Source of the DNA: an uncultured bacterium
GTDB taxonomy: Bacteria; Cyanobacteriota; Vampirovibrionia; Gastranaerophilales; Gastranaerophilaceae
Length of the DNA stretch: 34,664 nt
Direction of reading: 5' to 3'
Assembly: GCA_947647475.1 (NCBI GenBank)
Contig: CANSKM010000001.1
Coordinates: 1-34,664, forward strand
Positions 27,354-34,664 of this stretch are shown here, one piece after another; within the stretch, counting starts at the first letter, position 1, and the number at the start of each line of letters is the position of its first letter. The translations under genes and the position numbers were made by a program. Under the pieces are notes generated by a model. It saw nothing but the letters and a program-made list of their open reading frames with translations, made no database searches and was not told the origin of the DNA.

Positions 27354-28778
27354 TTGATATTAAAGGACTATTCTATACATAAGGTGGATTATTTTAAAAC
27401 CGTGCCAAATTTTAACAAAGCTTTGAAAAATACCAATAGAATTTATTCTCTTCTAAAGAAATTTCACTTTGAAGGGACAAGTTTTCCAGGGAAAATTTTA
27501 AGGAAAAACTATAAAGGTTTTCTCTCTGATGCGCAAGATTACGCAATTTCAGACCGTTTTGCAATCACGGGGACAAACGGCAAAACAACCACAGCGGGAA
27601 TTTTGGCCCAAATTTTAAAAGAAGCGGAACATTCCGTTATTCATAACGAGCTTGGCGCAAATATGCCAAACGGCATTGCAACGGCCGTTGCCTTGGGGCT
27701 TTATAAAATTTTAAAGGATAACCCTGTTCAAAGGGTGGATAATTATGTTATAGAATGTGATGAAGCATATCTTGCCCCTTTGTTTGATGAGATGAAGTTC
27801 GATTATCTTTTGGTGACAAACCTTTTCAGGGACCAATTGGACAGATATGGCGAACTTGATATTACAAAGAAAAAAATTCAAAAAGGAATAGAGCTGAATG
27901 AAGATATTACGCTCATTTTAAACGCAGATGACCCGACTTTAGCGGATATTGACCATAAACTTGCAGATGGCAGAATTAGAAAAAAGATTTATTACGGCAT
28001 TGAAAACATAACTTTTGCAGGGTATGATAAGGTTTCAAAAAGCCCCGCAGAAACTGTTTACTGTTCAAAATGTACTCTGCCTTTGCAATATCGAAAAAGG
28101 TTTTATTCGCAACTCGGAAAATGGTATTGTGCTTGCGGAAACAAGCGGCCGGAGCCGGATATAAAGGCGGATGTGAAGGTTTTCCCTGATCATTTTTACC
28201 TTTATATTACATACAAAGAAAAACCCTACACCTTTAAAGTGAACCTGACAGGTCTTTATAATGCCTATAATGCGCTCGGGGCGATATCTTGCGCCCTTAT
28301 AAACGGTGTAGAGCGAAGATTTATAGATAAGGCGCTTGAAAATTATACTCCGGCATTTGGCAGAAACGAAGTTGTATATTTAAAAGGACGGCCTGCAACT
28401 GTTTATTTAATTAAAAACCCTGTCGGGGCAAGCGAAGTTTTGCGCGGGCTTAAAAACATCGAAAACACAAGCATTTTAATTTCAATAAACGACAATTACG
28501 CTGACGGCAGGGATGTAAGCTGGCTTTGGGATTCTGATTTTGAAAGCTTGAAAGATTTCAGAGGCAATTTTTATTTAACAGGTTCGCGTGCGGACGATAT
28601 GGCGCTTCGCCTTAAATATGCAGGGTGCGACACGGGCTCAATTTTAATAGATTCAAACATAAAGCGTTCTTTGGAGGATGCTGTTGATAAGATGCAGTTT
28701 AATGAAAAACTTGTAATTTTAACGACGTATACTTCGCTTTTGAAGATGACAAAGCTTTTTCGCGGAATGGCAAAATAG
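27354..28778 (+). CDS. murT: Lipid II isoglutaminyl synthase subunit MurT (Mur-ligase family)
   Basis: It has the P-loop ITGTNGKTTTAG and the DRYGE motif. It also has the MurT-specific Cys4 ribbon CSKC...CACG and a C-terminal DUF1727-like domain (DGRDVSWLWD). The track start is a TTG, so the true start is uncertain. Confidence 0.85.
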   Translation: MILKDYSIHKVDYFKTVPNFNKALKNTNRIYSLLKKFHFEGTSFPGKILRKNYKGFLSDAQDYAISDRFAITGTNGKTTTAGILAQILKEAEHSVIHNELGANMPNGIATAVALGLYKILKDNPVQRVDNYVIECDEAYLAPLFDEMKFDYLLVTNLFRDQLDRYGELDITKKKIQKGIELNEDITLILNADDPTLADIDHKLADGRIRKKIYYGIENITFAGYDKVSKSPAETVYCSKCTLPLQYRKRFYSQLGKWYCACGNKRPEPDIKADVKVFPDHFYLYITYKEKPYTFKVNLTGLYNAYNALGAISCALINGVERRFIDKALENYTPAFGRNEVVYLKGRPATVYLIKNPVGASEVLRGLKNIENTSILISINDNYADGRDVSWLWDSDFESLKDFRGNFYLTGSRADDMALRLKYAGCDTGSILIDSNIKRSLEDAVDKMQFNEKLVILTTYTSLLKMTKLFRGMAK

Positions 28779-28888
28779 ATAAGTTAAAAGGCTCCTGAAT
28801 TCTCAAAGAGCCTCTCATCTAAAATGTTTTTCTTTATTTATTATAAATTATGCTTTTTTAATATGTTTTCTTTTTTGTTGCACTTAGC

Positions 28889-29053
28889 TTATTTTACGGT
28901 TTGTTTCACAAATTTGTCTTGGTTTTGCGGCTTTTGCAATTGCTCCGTTTTGGGTTCTGCCTGGGTTTGGCCTTTGAAGTTTAACCTTCTTGGAACCCTT
29001 ATTCTTTCAACGTTTAGCTTGTTTGAACTATTCAGCTGAATTGGAGTAATCAT
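28889..29053 (-). CDS. Micro-ORF: 54-aa basic, Q/K/N-rich protein
   Basis: It is absent from the track. My translation is MITPIQLNSSNKLNVERIRVPRRLNFKGQTQAEPKTEQLQKPQNQDKFVKQTVK. An SD, GGTGAGG, lies 5 nt upstream. It starts 18 nt after the stop of the 288-aa gene. Confidence 0.4.
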   Translation of the reverse strand: MITPIQLNSSNKLNVERIRVPRRLNFKGQTQAEPKTEQLQKPQNQDKFVKQTVK

Positions 29054-29071
29054 CAAAACCTCACCGCCAAA

Positions 29072-29938
29072 TTAGATTGCATCGTAAGCGAATTTAACGA
29101 GCTCTCTTATTTGTTCTGCTCTGTGCTGTTGTTCTGCATTTTCTGCTTTTTGTGCAACATTAGCATCGTTTAAGTCTGTTAATTTATCAACAAAACCGTT
29201 ACCAACGCCTGCTGCAACGCCTGCGCCAGTAAGTGCAATGCCACCGTCTACGAGGTCTGCACCTCTTTCGATGCCGCGTTTTGCAAAGAATGTTTTAACT
29301 GCTTCCGTAGTTTCTTGGCCGATTTTTGCTGCGTTTTCTTCAAGAACCTGATAATCTACAGCATTTCCTGTTTTTTCAGCTGCTTTTGCATTTTTGCCTA
29401 AAACTCTGTCTGCGTTTAAATTACCGAGTTTGTTTGCAAGTTTATCAATTACGGAACCTTCCATAATTTCAACAGGTTCTGCTTTACCTGCAACGGTTCT
29501 GCCGACATCTTTCAGAGCATCAACTGCCTTACCTACTTTTAAAGGATTTGAAAGCTTCATTTCGTTAACATTGCCTGCAATTTGGCCGATATATTTTTTA
29601 CCAACTTCCAGAACCTTTGTTCCTGTGGCGTTTTTGAAAGCATCAACAAACTGGCCTGAAGTTTTGTTTGTAAGAGCTTTGCCTGTTGAAAGAGCACCTA
29701 AGAATAAAAGTGCGGTTGATGCAAATTCAATGGCGTGGTCTAAAATATAGTCGCCTAAAACTATTCCTGCAGTATTTGTATTTATGTTAACATCACCATA
29801 TTTTTCAGACATTGTTCTGTTGCCAAGCTCGCTGAATTTTGGCTTTGGCTGTTGAACATCAGCTCTTTCAGCTTTTTTTGAAGCTGCTTTTGCGCGTCCG
29901 AAACTAACATTTGAGTTAATTGCATTTACAGATGACAT
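29072..29938 (-). CDS. Hypothetical protein (288 aa), K/G/A/N-rich with two hydrophobic segments
   Basis: I trimmed the track ORF 29072..29959 to the ATG at 29938, which is preceded by AAAGGAAG. The hydrophobic stretches are AIEFASTALLFLGALSTG and GGIALTGAGVAAGVGNGF. I recognise no family. Confidence 0.6.
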   Translation of the reverse strand: MSSVNAINSNVSFGRAKAASKKAERADVQQPKPKFSELGNRTMSEKYGDVNINTNTAGIVLGDYILDHAIEFASTALLFLGALSTGKALTNKTSGQFVDAFKNATGTKVLEVGKKYIGQIAGNVNEMKLSNPLKVGKAVDALKDVGRTVAGKAEPVEIMEGSVIDKLANKLGNLNADRVLGKNAKAAEKTGNAVDYQVLEENAAKIGQETTEAVKTFFAKRGIERGADLVDGGIALTGAGVAAGVGNGFVDKLTDLNDANVAQKAENAEQQHRAEQIRELVKFAYDAI

Positions 29939-30078
29939 AATCTTCTTCCTTTCACACACCCATGTAAAGGCGTATGAATTTTATTTATTGCTATTTTCAT
30001 GAAGTTTTGTAAACAAATTGTTACAATTTCAATGAAAATTCTCTCCTAACGTTCCATAATTATACAACAAAATGTAAA

Positions 30079-31320
30079 TTAATGGAAATATTTTTTATCT
30101 TTTAGCTCATCGGGCATAAACTGTTGTTTATATTCGGGATTATTGTGCGAATAAACATACCCTTCGCCAAAGCCGTATTTTTTTGCATCCTTATAATGTG
30201 CATCCCTTAAATGCATCGGGGGTGGGAAATCAAGTCCTGATTGAATATCAGCCATGGCTTCATCAATTGCCATAATTGCCCTGTTGGATTTTTTAGTCCT
30301 TGCAACAAATTCGGTTGCCTGTGCAAGGGCAATCCTGCATTCGGGCATCCCTAAGGTTTCAACTGCTTTTAAGGCGGCTTCCGCGATTAAAAACGCTCTG
30401 AAATCTGCATTTCCGACATCTTCAGATGCGCAAACAATTAACCTTCTTGCTATAACCCGCGGGTCTTCGCCGTTTGCGAGCATCTTTGCAAGGTAATATA
30501 TTGCAGCATCAGGGTCAGAGCCTCTCATAGATTTTTGATACGCTGAAAGGCAATCGTAATGCCCCTGTCTGTCATATCTTGCAGTGTTTTTTTGAAGCAG
30601 GTCTTCTACAATTTTCTTATCCACTTTGGCGTTTGGGTTTTTGCCGTCTCCATAAGCTGCAAAGAAAGAGTTTTCAACCGTGTTCAGTGCATATCTTGCA
30701 TCCCCTGCGGATAAATTTACAATTGCATTTATGGCCTCTTCTTCAACTTCAACGGGCATTTTAGCATAATTTTCTTTAAGATAATTAAACCCTTTTTCAA
30801 CGATTTTTTGAATACTGTTTTCATCAATCCTATTTAACATTATAACCTGTGCACGGCTTAAAAGCGCCGGCACCACCTGAAAAGAGGGGTTTTCTGTTGT
30901 GGAACCTATCATATGAAAAGTTCCGTTTTCAATATGCGGCAAAAGCGCATCCTGCTGGGTTTTAGAGTATCTGTGGATTTCATCAATGAAAAGAATTGTT
31001 TTTACACCGTTTCTTAAATTTTCTTTAGCGTTTAAAACGGCATCCTTAACGTCTTTTACGCCTGAAGTTACGGCAGAAAGCTCCAAAAAATTTGCATTAT
31101 GATAATTCGCTATAAGCCTTGCAAGAGTAGTCTTTCCACACCCCGGAGGACCCCAAAGTATCAATGAAAATAGCCTTTTTGCCTTCAATAAATTATTTAT
31201 CGGCGAATTTTCATTTATTACGTTTGTCTGGCCCAAAAATTCATCAAGATTTTTTGGCCTCAAAAGCGCTGCCAGAGGGGTTTGCTTGTTATTTTCTTCC
31301 AAAGAGTCAAATAAATTCAT
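30079..31320 (-). CDS. rarA: Replication-associated recombination protein A (RarA/MgsA AAA+ ATPase)
   Basis: 413 aa. It has Walker A GPPGCGKTT, Walker B ILFIDEIHR, and the MgsA C-terminal domain (YDCLSAYQKSMRGSDPDAAIYYLAKML). Confidence 0.95.
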   Translation of the reverse strand: MNLFDSLEENNKQTPLAALLRPKNLDEFLGQTNVINENSPINNLLKAKRLFSLILWGPPGCGKTTLARLIANYHNANFLELSAVTSGVKDVKDAVLNAKENLRNGVKTILFIDEIHRYSKTQQDALLPHIENGTFHMIGSTTENPSFQVVPALLSRAQVIMLNRIDENSIQKIVEKGFNYLKENYAKMPVEVEEEAINAIVNLSAGDARYALNTVENSFFAAYGDGKNPNAKVDKKIVEDLLQKNTARYDRQGHYDCLSAYQKSMRGSDPDAAIYYLAKMLANGEDPRVIARRLIVCASEDVGNADFRAFLIAEAALKAVETLGMPECRIALAQATEFVARTKKSNRAIMAIDEAMADIQSGLDFPPPMHLRDAHYKDAKKYGFGEGYVYSHNNPEYKQQFMPDELKDKKYFH

Positions 31321-31334
31321 TGTATAATTTTATC

Positions 31335-32924
31335 ATGAAGAAATTTTTAGTATTATTGAGTTTAATCCTCCTTGTTTGCGCGGTTTTGGCGGGCGGATAT
31401 TTTATTTACAAAGAAGGCGCCATGCTCGCCATAAACGATATGATTAAAACCGCAAAGGCAAGAGACTGCGAAATTCAGGCAATGCAGGGGATTTTGCCCG
31501 GCGGCTGTGTTGTGGACGGTGTTCCGGCCTCACAAAATTCGGGGCAGCAAAAACAACCCAAACCCCGTTTTGAGCTGCCAAAATTGCCAAAATTCTCCAA
31601 AATTGAATTCAAAATGCCCGAATTCAAGTTTCCCGAATTCAAGTTTCCCGAATTCAAAAAACCGATATCCAAAGAGCCAAAGCAAAAATCAACCAGTTTT
31701 GAAGCGCCAAAGTTTAAATTTACATTCTTTAAAAAACAGCCAAAAAAACAAAAATTTACTCTCTGGACCATTCAACTGAAAGCCCCTGCAGGGCATTTTA
31801 TGGATGAAAATATTGAAGCCTTTAAGGCGGCGCACCCTGATGTTGAGGTTGTTTGGGTGGATATTCCGATTGCAGAGGCCCAAAAAAGAACGCTTGCGGC
31901 CGTGCTTTCAGGCAACCCGCCCGATTTAATAAACCTTAATCCGGATTTTTCTTCTCTCCTTGCCCAAAAGGGGATTTTAGAATATTTCACGGAAGATGAA
32001 ACTGAAAACCTGCACCCGGAGCTTATAAACAAGCTTCGTTATGAAGGAAACATTTTCGCACTGCCTTTTTATGCCACGAGCCCCGTAACTGTTTATAACG
32101 CTGCCGTTTTAGACAAATGCTTTGAACACGGCTACCCTGTAATTACAAGCTATGAGGATGTTTACGGCATTTCAGGTGAAATTAAAAACTGCACGGATAA
32201 GCCTGCAATCGTGATGAACCTCAATGAAAACGACACTTTTGCAAAGATTTTAAATAAATATGACATTTCAAAGTTTGAAAGCGAAGAAGAAACCAAGGCG
32301 CTAAACCACGTTATATATATGTTTGACGATATGTACAAAAAAGGCTACCTCCCAAAAGACACGCTCACCTTGAACCATAGGGAAGTGATTGAACAGTATA
32401 TGGCAAAAAACGCCGTGTTCATTGTGGCAGGGTCAAATTTTATTAAAATGATAAAGGAAAATGCGCCCGATATTTACAAAAATTCTGAAATTTCAAGCCA
32501 GCTGACATCCCCTGATGGCAAGTATGATGTGGGTTTGATGAATTTTGTAATTCCAAAAAACGCTAAAAACAAGGGCTTAGCGCGCGAATTTGCCTTCATG
32601 CTTTTGAATAAAGAAAATCAGCTGAAATTTACAAAGCTCACAAACACGCTCCCTGCAAACCTTGAAGTGCTTTTGGACGATTATTTTATTGAATGCGACG
32701 AAGATTTAATTGAAAAATCCCGCTGTATCGGCGCAAGCCAGCTGAATTTCCTTGTGCATGAGGATTTTGGCTATAAAAACAAAAAGGCGATAAACGACAC
32801 GCTAAATAAAACGCTTGAAGAAATATTACTAAACGGTAACACTTTGGGGAAAATTTCTGATGATTCACTTGAAAAAAAATTGAATAAATTACAAAATGAA
32901 ATAAGAGCCTTGCAGAAGGATTAA
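31335..32924 (+). CDS. Membrane-anchored ABC-transporter solute-binding protein (family 1, sugar-type) with an F/K/P-rich repeat linker
   Basis: The track ORF 31164..32924 overlaps rarA, so I trimmed it to the ATG at 31335 (MKKFLVLLSLILLVCAVLAGG). The SBP-fold pattern runs from about FTLWTIQLKAPAGHFMDENIEAFKAAHPDVEVVWVDIP onward. TATAAT (31323-31328) ends 6 nt before the ATG. Confidence 0.75.
   Translation: MKKFLVLLSLILLVCAVLAGGYFIYKEGAMLAINDMIKTAKARDCEIQAMQGILPGGCVVDGVPASQNSGQQKQPKPRFELPKLPKFSKIEFKMPEFKFPEFKFPEFKKPISKEPKQKSTSFEAPKFKFTFFKKQPKKQKFTLWTIQLKAPAGHFMDENIEAFKAAHPDVEVVWVDIPIAEAQKRTLAAVLSGNPPDLINLNPDFSSLLAQKGILEYFTEDETENLHPELINKLRYEGNIFALPFYATSPVTVYNAAVLDKCFEHGYPVITSYEDVYGISGEIKNCTDKPAIVMNLNENDTFAKILNKYDISKFESEEETKALNHVIYMFDDMYKKGYLPKDTLTLNHREVIEQYMAKNAVFIVAGSNFIKMIKENAPDIYKNSEISSQLTSPDGKYDVGLMNFVIPKNAKNKGLAREFAFMLLNKENQLKFTKLTNTLPANLEVLLDDYFIECDEDLIEKSRCIGASQLNFLVHEDFGYKNKKAINDTLNKTLEEILLNGNTLGKISDDSLEKKLNKLQNEIRALQKD
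31617..31657 (+). repeat. In-frame 15-nt tandem repeat CCCGAATTCAAGTTT, 2.7 copies (PEFKF)
   Basis: The units are 31617-31631, 31632-31646 and 31647-31657 (partial). They lie inside the SBP linker. Confidence 0.9.
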
Positions 32925-32935
32925 GGTCTTGGATT

Positions 32936-33110
32936 ATTGCGTGTTCGGCCTTTTCAACAAAGCCCTCACAAAGGACGTTCGCTAGCGCTGCCACGTCCCG
33001 CAAAATCCGCCACCCGCCTGTGCAATCAAAGATTGCGAACGGCGGTCATCAATAGCTACATCTTTTGCTTGCTGTTCGCAAGAAAAAGATTACGCCCTGG
33101 CTTACGCAAT
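32936..33110. ncRNA. Candidate structured RNA / structured intergenic element (strand unknown)
   Basis: It is GC-rich: by my count 56 of 100 nt are G/C in 32941-33040. The hairpins are TGCAATC-AAA-GATTGCG (33021-33037) and an 11-bp stem with one mismatch at 33061-33089. The ends are complementary (ATTGCGT 32936-32942 / ACGCAAT 33104-33110). The only ORFs here are Arg-rich and look spurious. Confidence 0.25.
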
Positions 33111-33111
33111 C

Positions 33112-33153
33112 AAAAAAAGGGGCAGAGCCGGTTACAGAATGGCTGCTTGCCCC
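33112..33153 (-). terminator. Rho-independent terminator of the glycine-rich protein gene
   Basis: The minus strand reads GGGGCAAGCAGCC-loop-GGCTCTGCCCC followed by TTTTTTT (the plus-strand A-run at 33112-33118). It lies about 75 nt downstream of the stop at 33229. Confidence 0.65.
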
Positions 33154-33228
33154 AAAAACGTTGTTTTATCTTAAATATTTTATGTTCGTCGATGTCAGGG
33201 GCCAAAAGGCCCCGCCCAATCATATGAA

Positions 33229-34664
33229 TTACATCGCCGTGCTCTTGTATTCGATTATCACAACCCCCTTGCCGCCATAGCCTCCAAGGCCTCCAACCCC
33301 GTCAACCACGGCACCGCCTCCTCCGCCTCCGCCAAAGACACCGATTTTTCCTTGGGCACCGCTTGCCGCCGCGTTACAATTTCCCGCAGCACTCATATTA
33401 CCCCCGCATCCTCCAAGGATTGGTCCTGCTATTGTACCGTCTCTTGATTTAACAAAGGTTGCATAGGTATTATCAATATTTTGATAAATATATTCCATAT
33501 ACCCACCGATACCTCCTGCAAGTTCATTCCCCGGGTGTCCGTGGACAGGCGCCCCTTCATCAGAAGAATAATTTGCATAATTATCGGGAAGCATTGTTAT
33601 TCCGCCATGCTCATCTTTAACAAGTCCGCTTTGACCTTTTAGACCACCGCGTGCTGTTACATAGCTTCCAAACTTTGAATCTCCGCCTTTACCGTCGTAT
33701 GTTGTTCCGTCAGGCTTAGTTCCTGTTTTTCCGCCATCTCCGACAGTAACTTCAATTTCAGTTCCTGCTTTAATGTTGTATATTGTTTTTGATATATATT
33801 CACCAGAAGTTCCGCCGCCGCCGTTGGAGCCGCCGTATTCAATGTATATATATCCGCTTGTTCCTGCAGCTCCCATACCAAAGGTATCTCCTGCAGTTTG
33901 TGCGCCTGCTCCGCCTCCTCCGCCTGCGCCATAGCTTTCAACATTTGGAGAAGTTCCGTTTTTAATTGAATTACCCCCGCTTCCTCCTTGAACAGTTTCA
34001 CCTTTCATATTTTGAATGTTTCCTCCTGCACCGCCAAACCCTTTGTTTGTAAGGGCAGAAGCTAAGTTTCCGTTAGAGCCGCCATATCCTCCTGTGAATG
34101 TCCTATTTAGCCAATTTCCTGCATTGTTTGCAACGTTATTTATCATAATGAACACTCTTGTTGCAAGTCTTGCACCACCGGAGGATTCAACATTAGCATC
34201 TGAAGAATACTGCCCTGCATTTCCGCCCAATGCTGTTGCAATTATTGTTCCAGTGGATGAACCACGTCTAATATATGTAGCTTTTCCTGCGTTACCGTTC
34301 TTTCCTGCAGTTGCCTGGCTTCCGCCTCCTGCACCAACTTCGAAATACAATGTTTCACCGGGGGTTACATCAATTTCCCCCACGGTTATCTGTGCAGCAC
34401 CGCCACCGCCACCGCCGTTTGCTGGCATGTTGTAGGTGCATTTGAGAGCGTTTTGTGTTACAGGTATTGAATACCAGAGTTTTATGGCACCTGGTTTACC
34501 AGAAGTAGCTGTATTCGTACTCCCACTATAAACACCTCCAAGGCAATTATTGGTCCCAAAAATTGTACTAGTGTAGCTTTTATAACCCACACTAGTACCA
34601 CCATTACCCCCACTACCACTACTATAAGAATTTGAAACAGCAGCTGCACTACCTGATTTTCCTG
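33229..34664 (-). CDS. Glycine-rich-domain repeat protein, 5' end beyond the window
   Basis: The frame stays open from the track start (a GTG at 34590) to the window end. There are two tandem modules. Each runs poly-G, then a beta segment (ITVGEIDVTPGETLYFEVGAGGG / IYNIKAGTEIEVTVGDGG), then G-rich loops, and ends GxGGxGxxxIEY (SGYIYIEY, GVVIIEY). Confidence 0.7.
   Translation of the reverse strand, partial: GKSGSAAAVSNSYSSGSGGNGGTSVGYKSYTSTIFGTNNCLGGVYSGSTNTATSGKPGAIKLWYSIPVTQNALKCTYNMPANGGGGGGAAQITVGEIDVTPGETLYFEVGAGGGSQATAGKNGNAGKATYIRRGSSTGTIIATALGGNAGQYSSDANVESSGGARLATRVFIMINNVANNAGNWLNRTFTGGYGGSNGNLASALTNKGFGGAGGNIQNMKGETVQGGSGGNSIKNGTSPNVESYGAGGGGGAGAQTAGDTFGMGAAGTSGYIYIEYGGSNGGGGTSGEYISKTIYNIKAGTEIEVTVGDGGKTGTKPDGTTYDGKGGDSKFGSYVTARGGLKGQSGLVKDEHGGITMLPDNYANYSSDEGAPVHGHPGNELAGGIGGYMEYIYQNIDNTYATFVKSRDGTIAGPILGGCGGNMSAAGNCNAAASGAQGKIGVFGGGGGGGAVVDGVGGLGGYGGKGVVIIEYKSTAM

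Noticed and set aside
28824-29039. 71-aa plus-strand ORF rich in Phe and Cys.
   Set aside because: Its composition is implausible and it has no SD. The opposite strand carries a 54-aa ORF with an SD directly downstream of the 288-aa gene.
31598-31660. Cluster of four GAATTC (EcoRI) sites within about 60 nt.
   Set aside because: It is a by-product of the repeated Glu-Phe codons (GAA TTC) in the PEFKF repeat, not an independent signal.
33118-33153. ACAGAAUGGCUGCUU resembles the RNase P ACAGAAnnnGGCUUA motif, and AAGCAGCC on the minus strand resembles SRP RNA domain IV.
   Set aside because: There is no GGAAAGUCC-type P4 partner and no GNRA-capped helix 8 nearby. The segment is fully explained as the stem-loop of a terminator.
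32937-33280. Track ORFs 32937..33227 and 33065..33280 (plus strand) and 32686..33003 (minus strand) in the GC-rich spacer.
   Set aside because: They are Arg/Pro/Cys-rich, have no SD and overlap hairpins and a terminator. The region is better explained as non-coding structured DNA or RNA.
1-34664. Scan for CRISPR repeats, tRNA/rRNA genes, IS elements, integrases and prophage blocks.
   Set aside because: I found no regularly spaced direct repeats, no cloverleaf-like GC-rich 75-nt islands other than the 32925-33228 spacer, and no transposase- or integrase-like ORFs.

Overview
This is a low-GC (roughly 35-40 % by eye) bacterial chromosomal window, densely coding on both strands. I saw no rRNA, tRNA, CRISPR array, transposase, integrase or phage structural genes.

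Most of the window is housekeeping. I recognise trxB (5'-truncated), a Zn-ADH, a FeoA-FeoB fusion, radA, fliI, a YnbB-type PLP enzyme and a rubredoxin that the ORF track misses. I also recognise an RpoD-type sigma factor, a SpoU/RlmB methyltransferase, a PilM-PilN fusion plus PilO, dnaB, an isochorismatase-family hydrolase and a GH13 glucan enzyme. The rest of the recognisable set is a MATE exporter, a B12-binding radical-SAM enzyme, murT, rarA, an orphan ABC solute-binding protein and a 5'-truncated glycine-rich repeat protein. Rubredoxin, FeoAB and two radical-SAM enzymes suggest an anaerobe. Any lineage assignment (for example Melainabacteria-like) is only a guess.

The only clear accessory module is a HEPN/MNT (HepT-MntA-like) pair at 21050-21770. 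I cannot point to one compelling multi-gene novel system. The best candidates for follow-up are:
- an orphan FliI-type ATPase apparently co-transcribed with an XRE regulator, next to an inverted-repeat operator and a divergent 72-aa gene (6162-8074);
- a B12/radical-SAM enzyme with a Cx4Cx2C cluster plus a 110-aa partner, beside three unknown genes (23229-27339);
- a 288-aa + 54-aa operon of unknown function (28889-29938);
- a GC-rich, multi-hairpin 300-nt intergenic region that looks like a structured RNA (32925-33228);
- two unannotated micro-ORFs: a type-I-toxin-like one at 9830-9904 and a glycine-zipper peptide coupled to dnaB at 16846-16941.

All functional calls come from motif recognition by eye. 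No searches were run.
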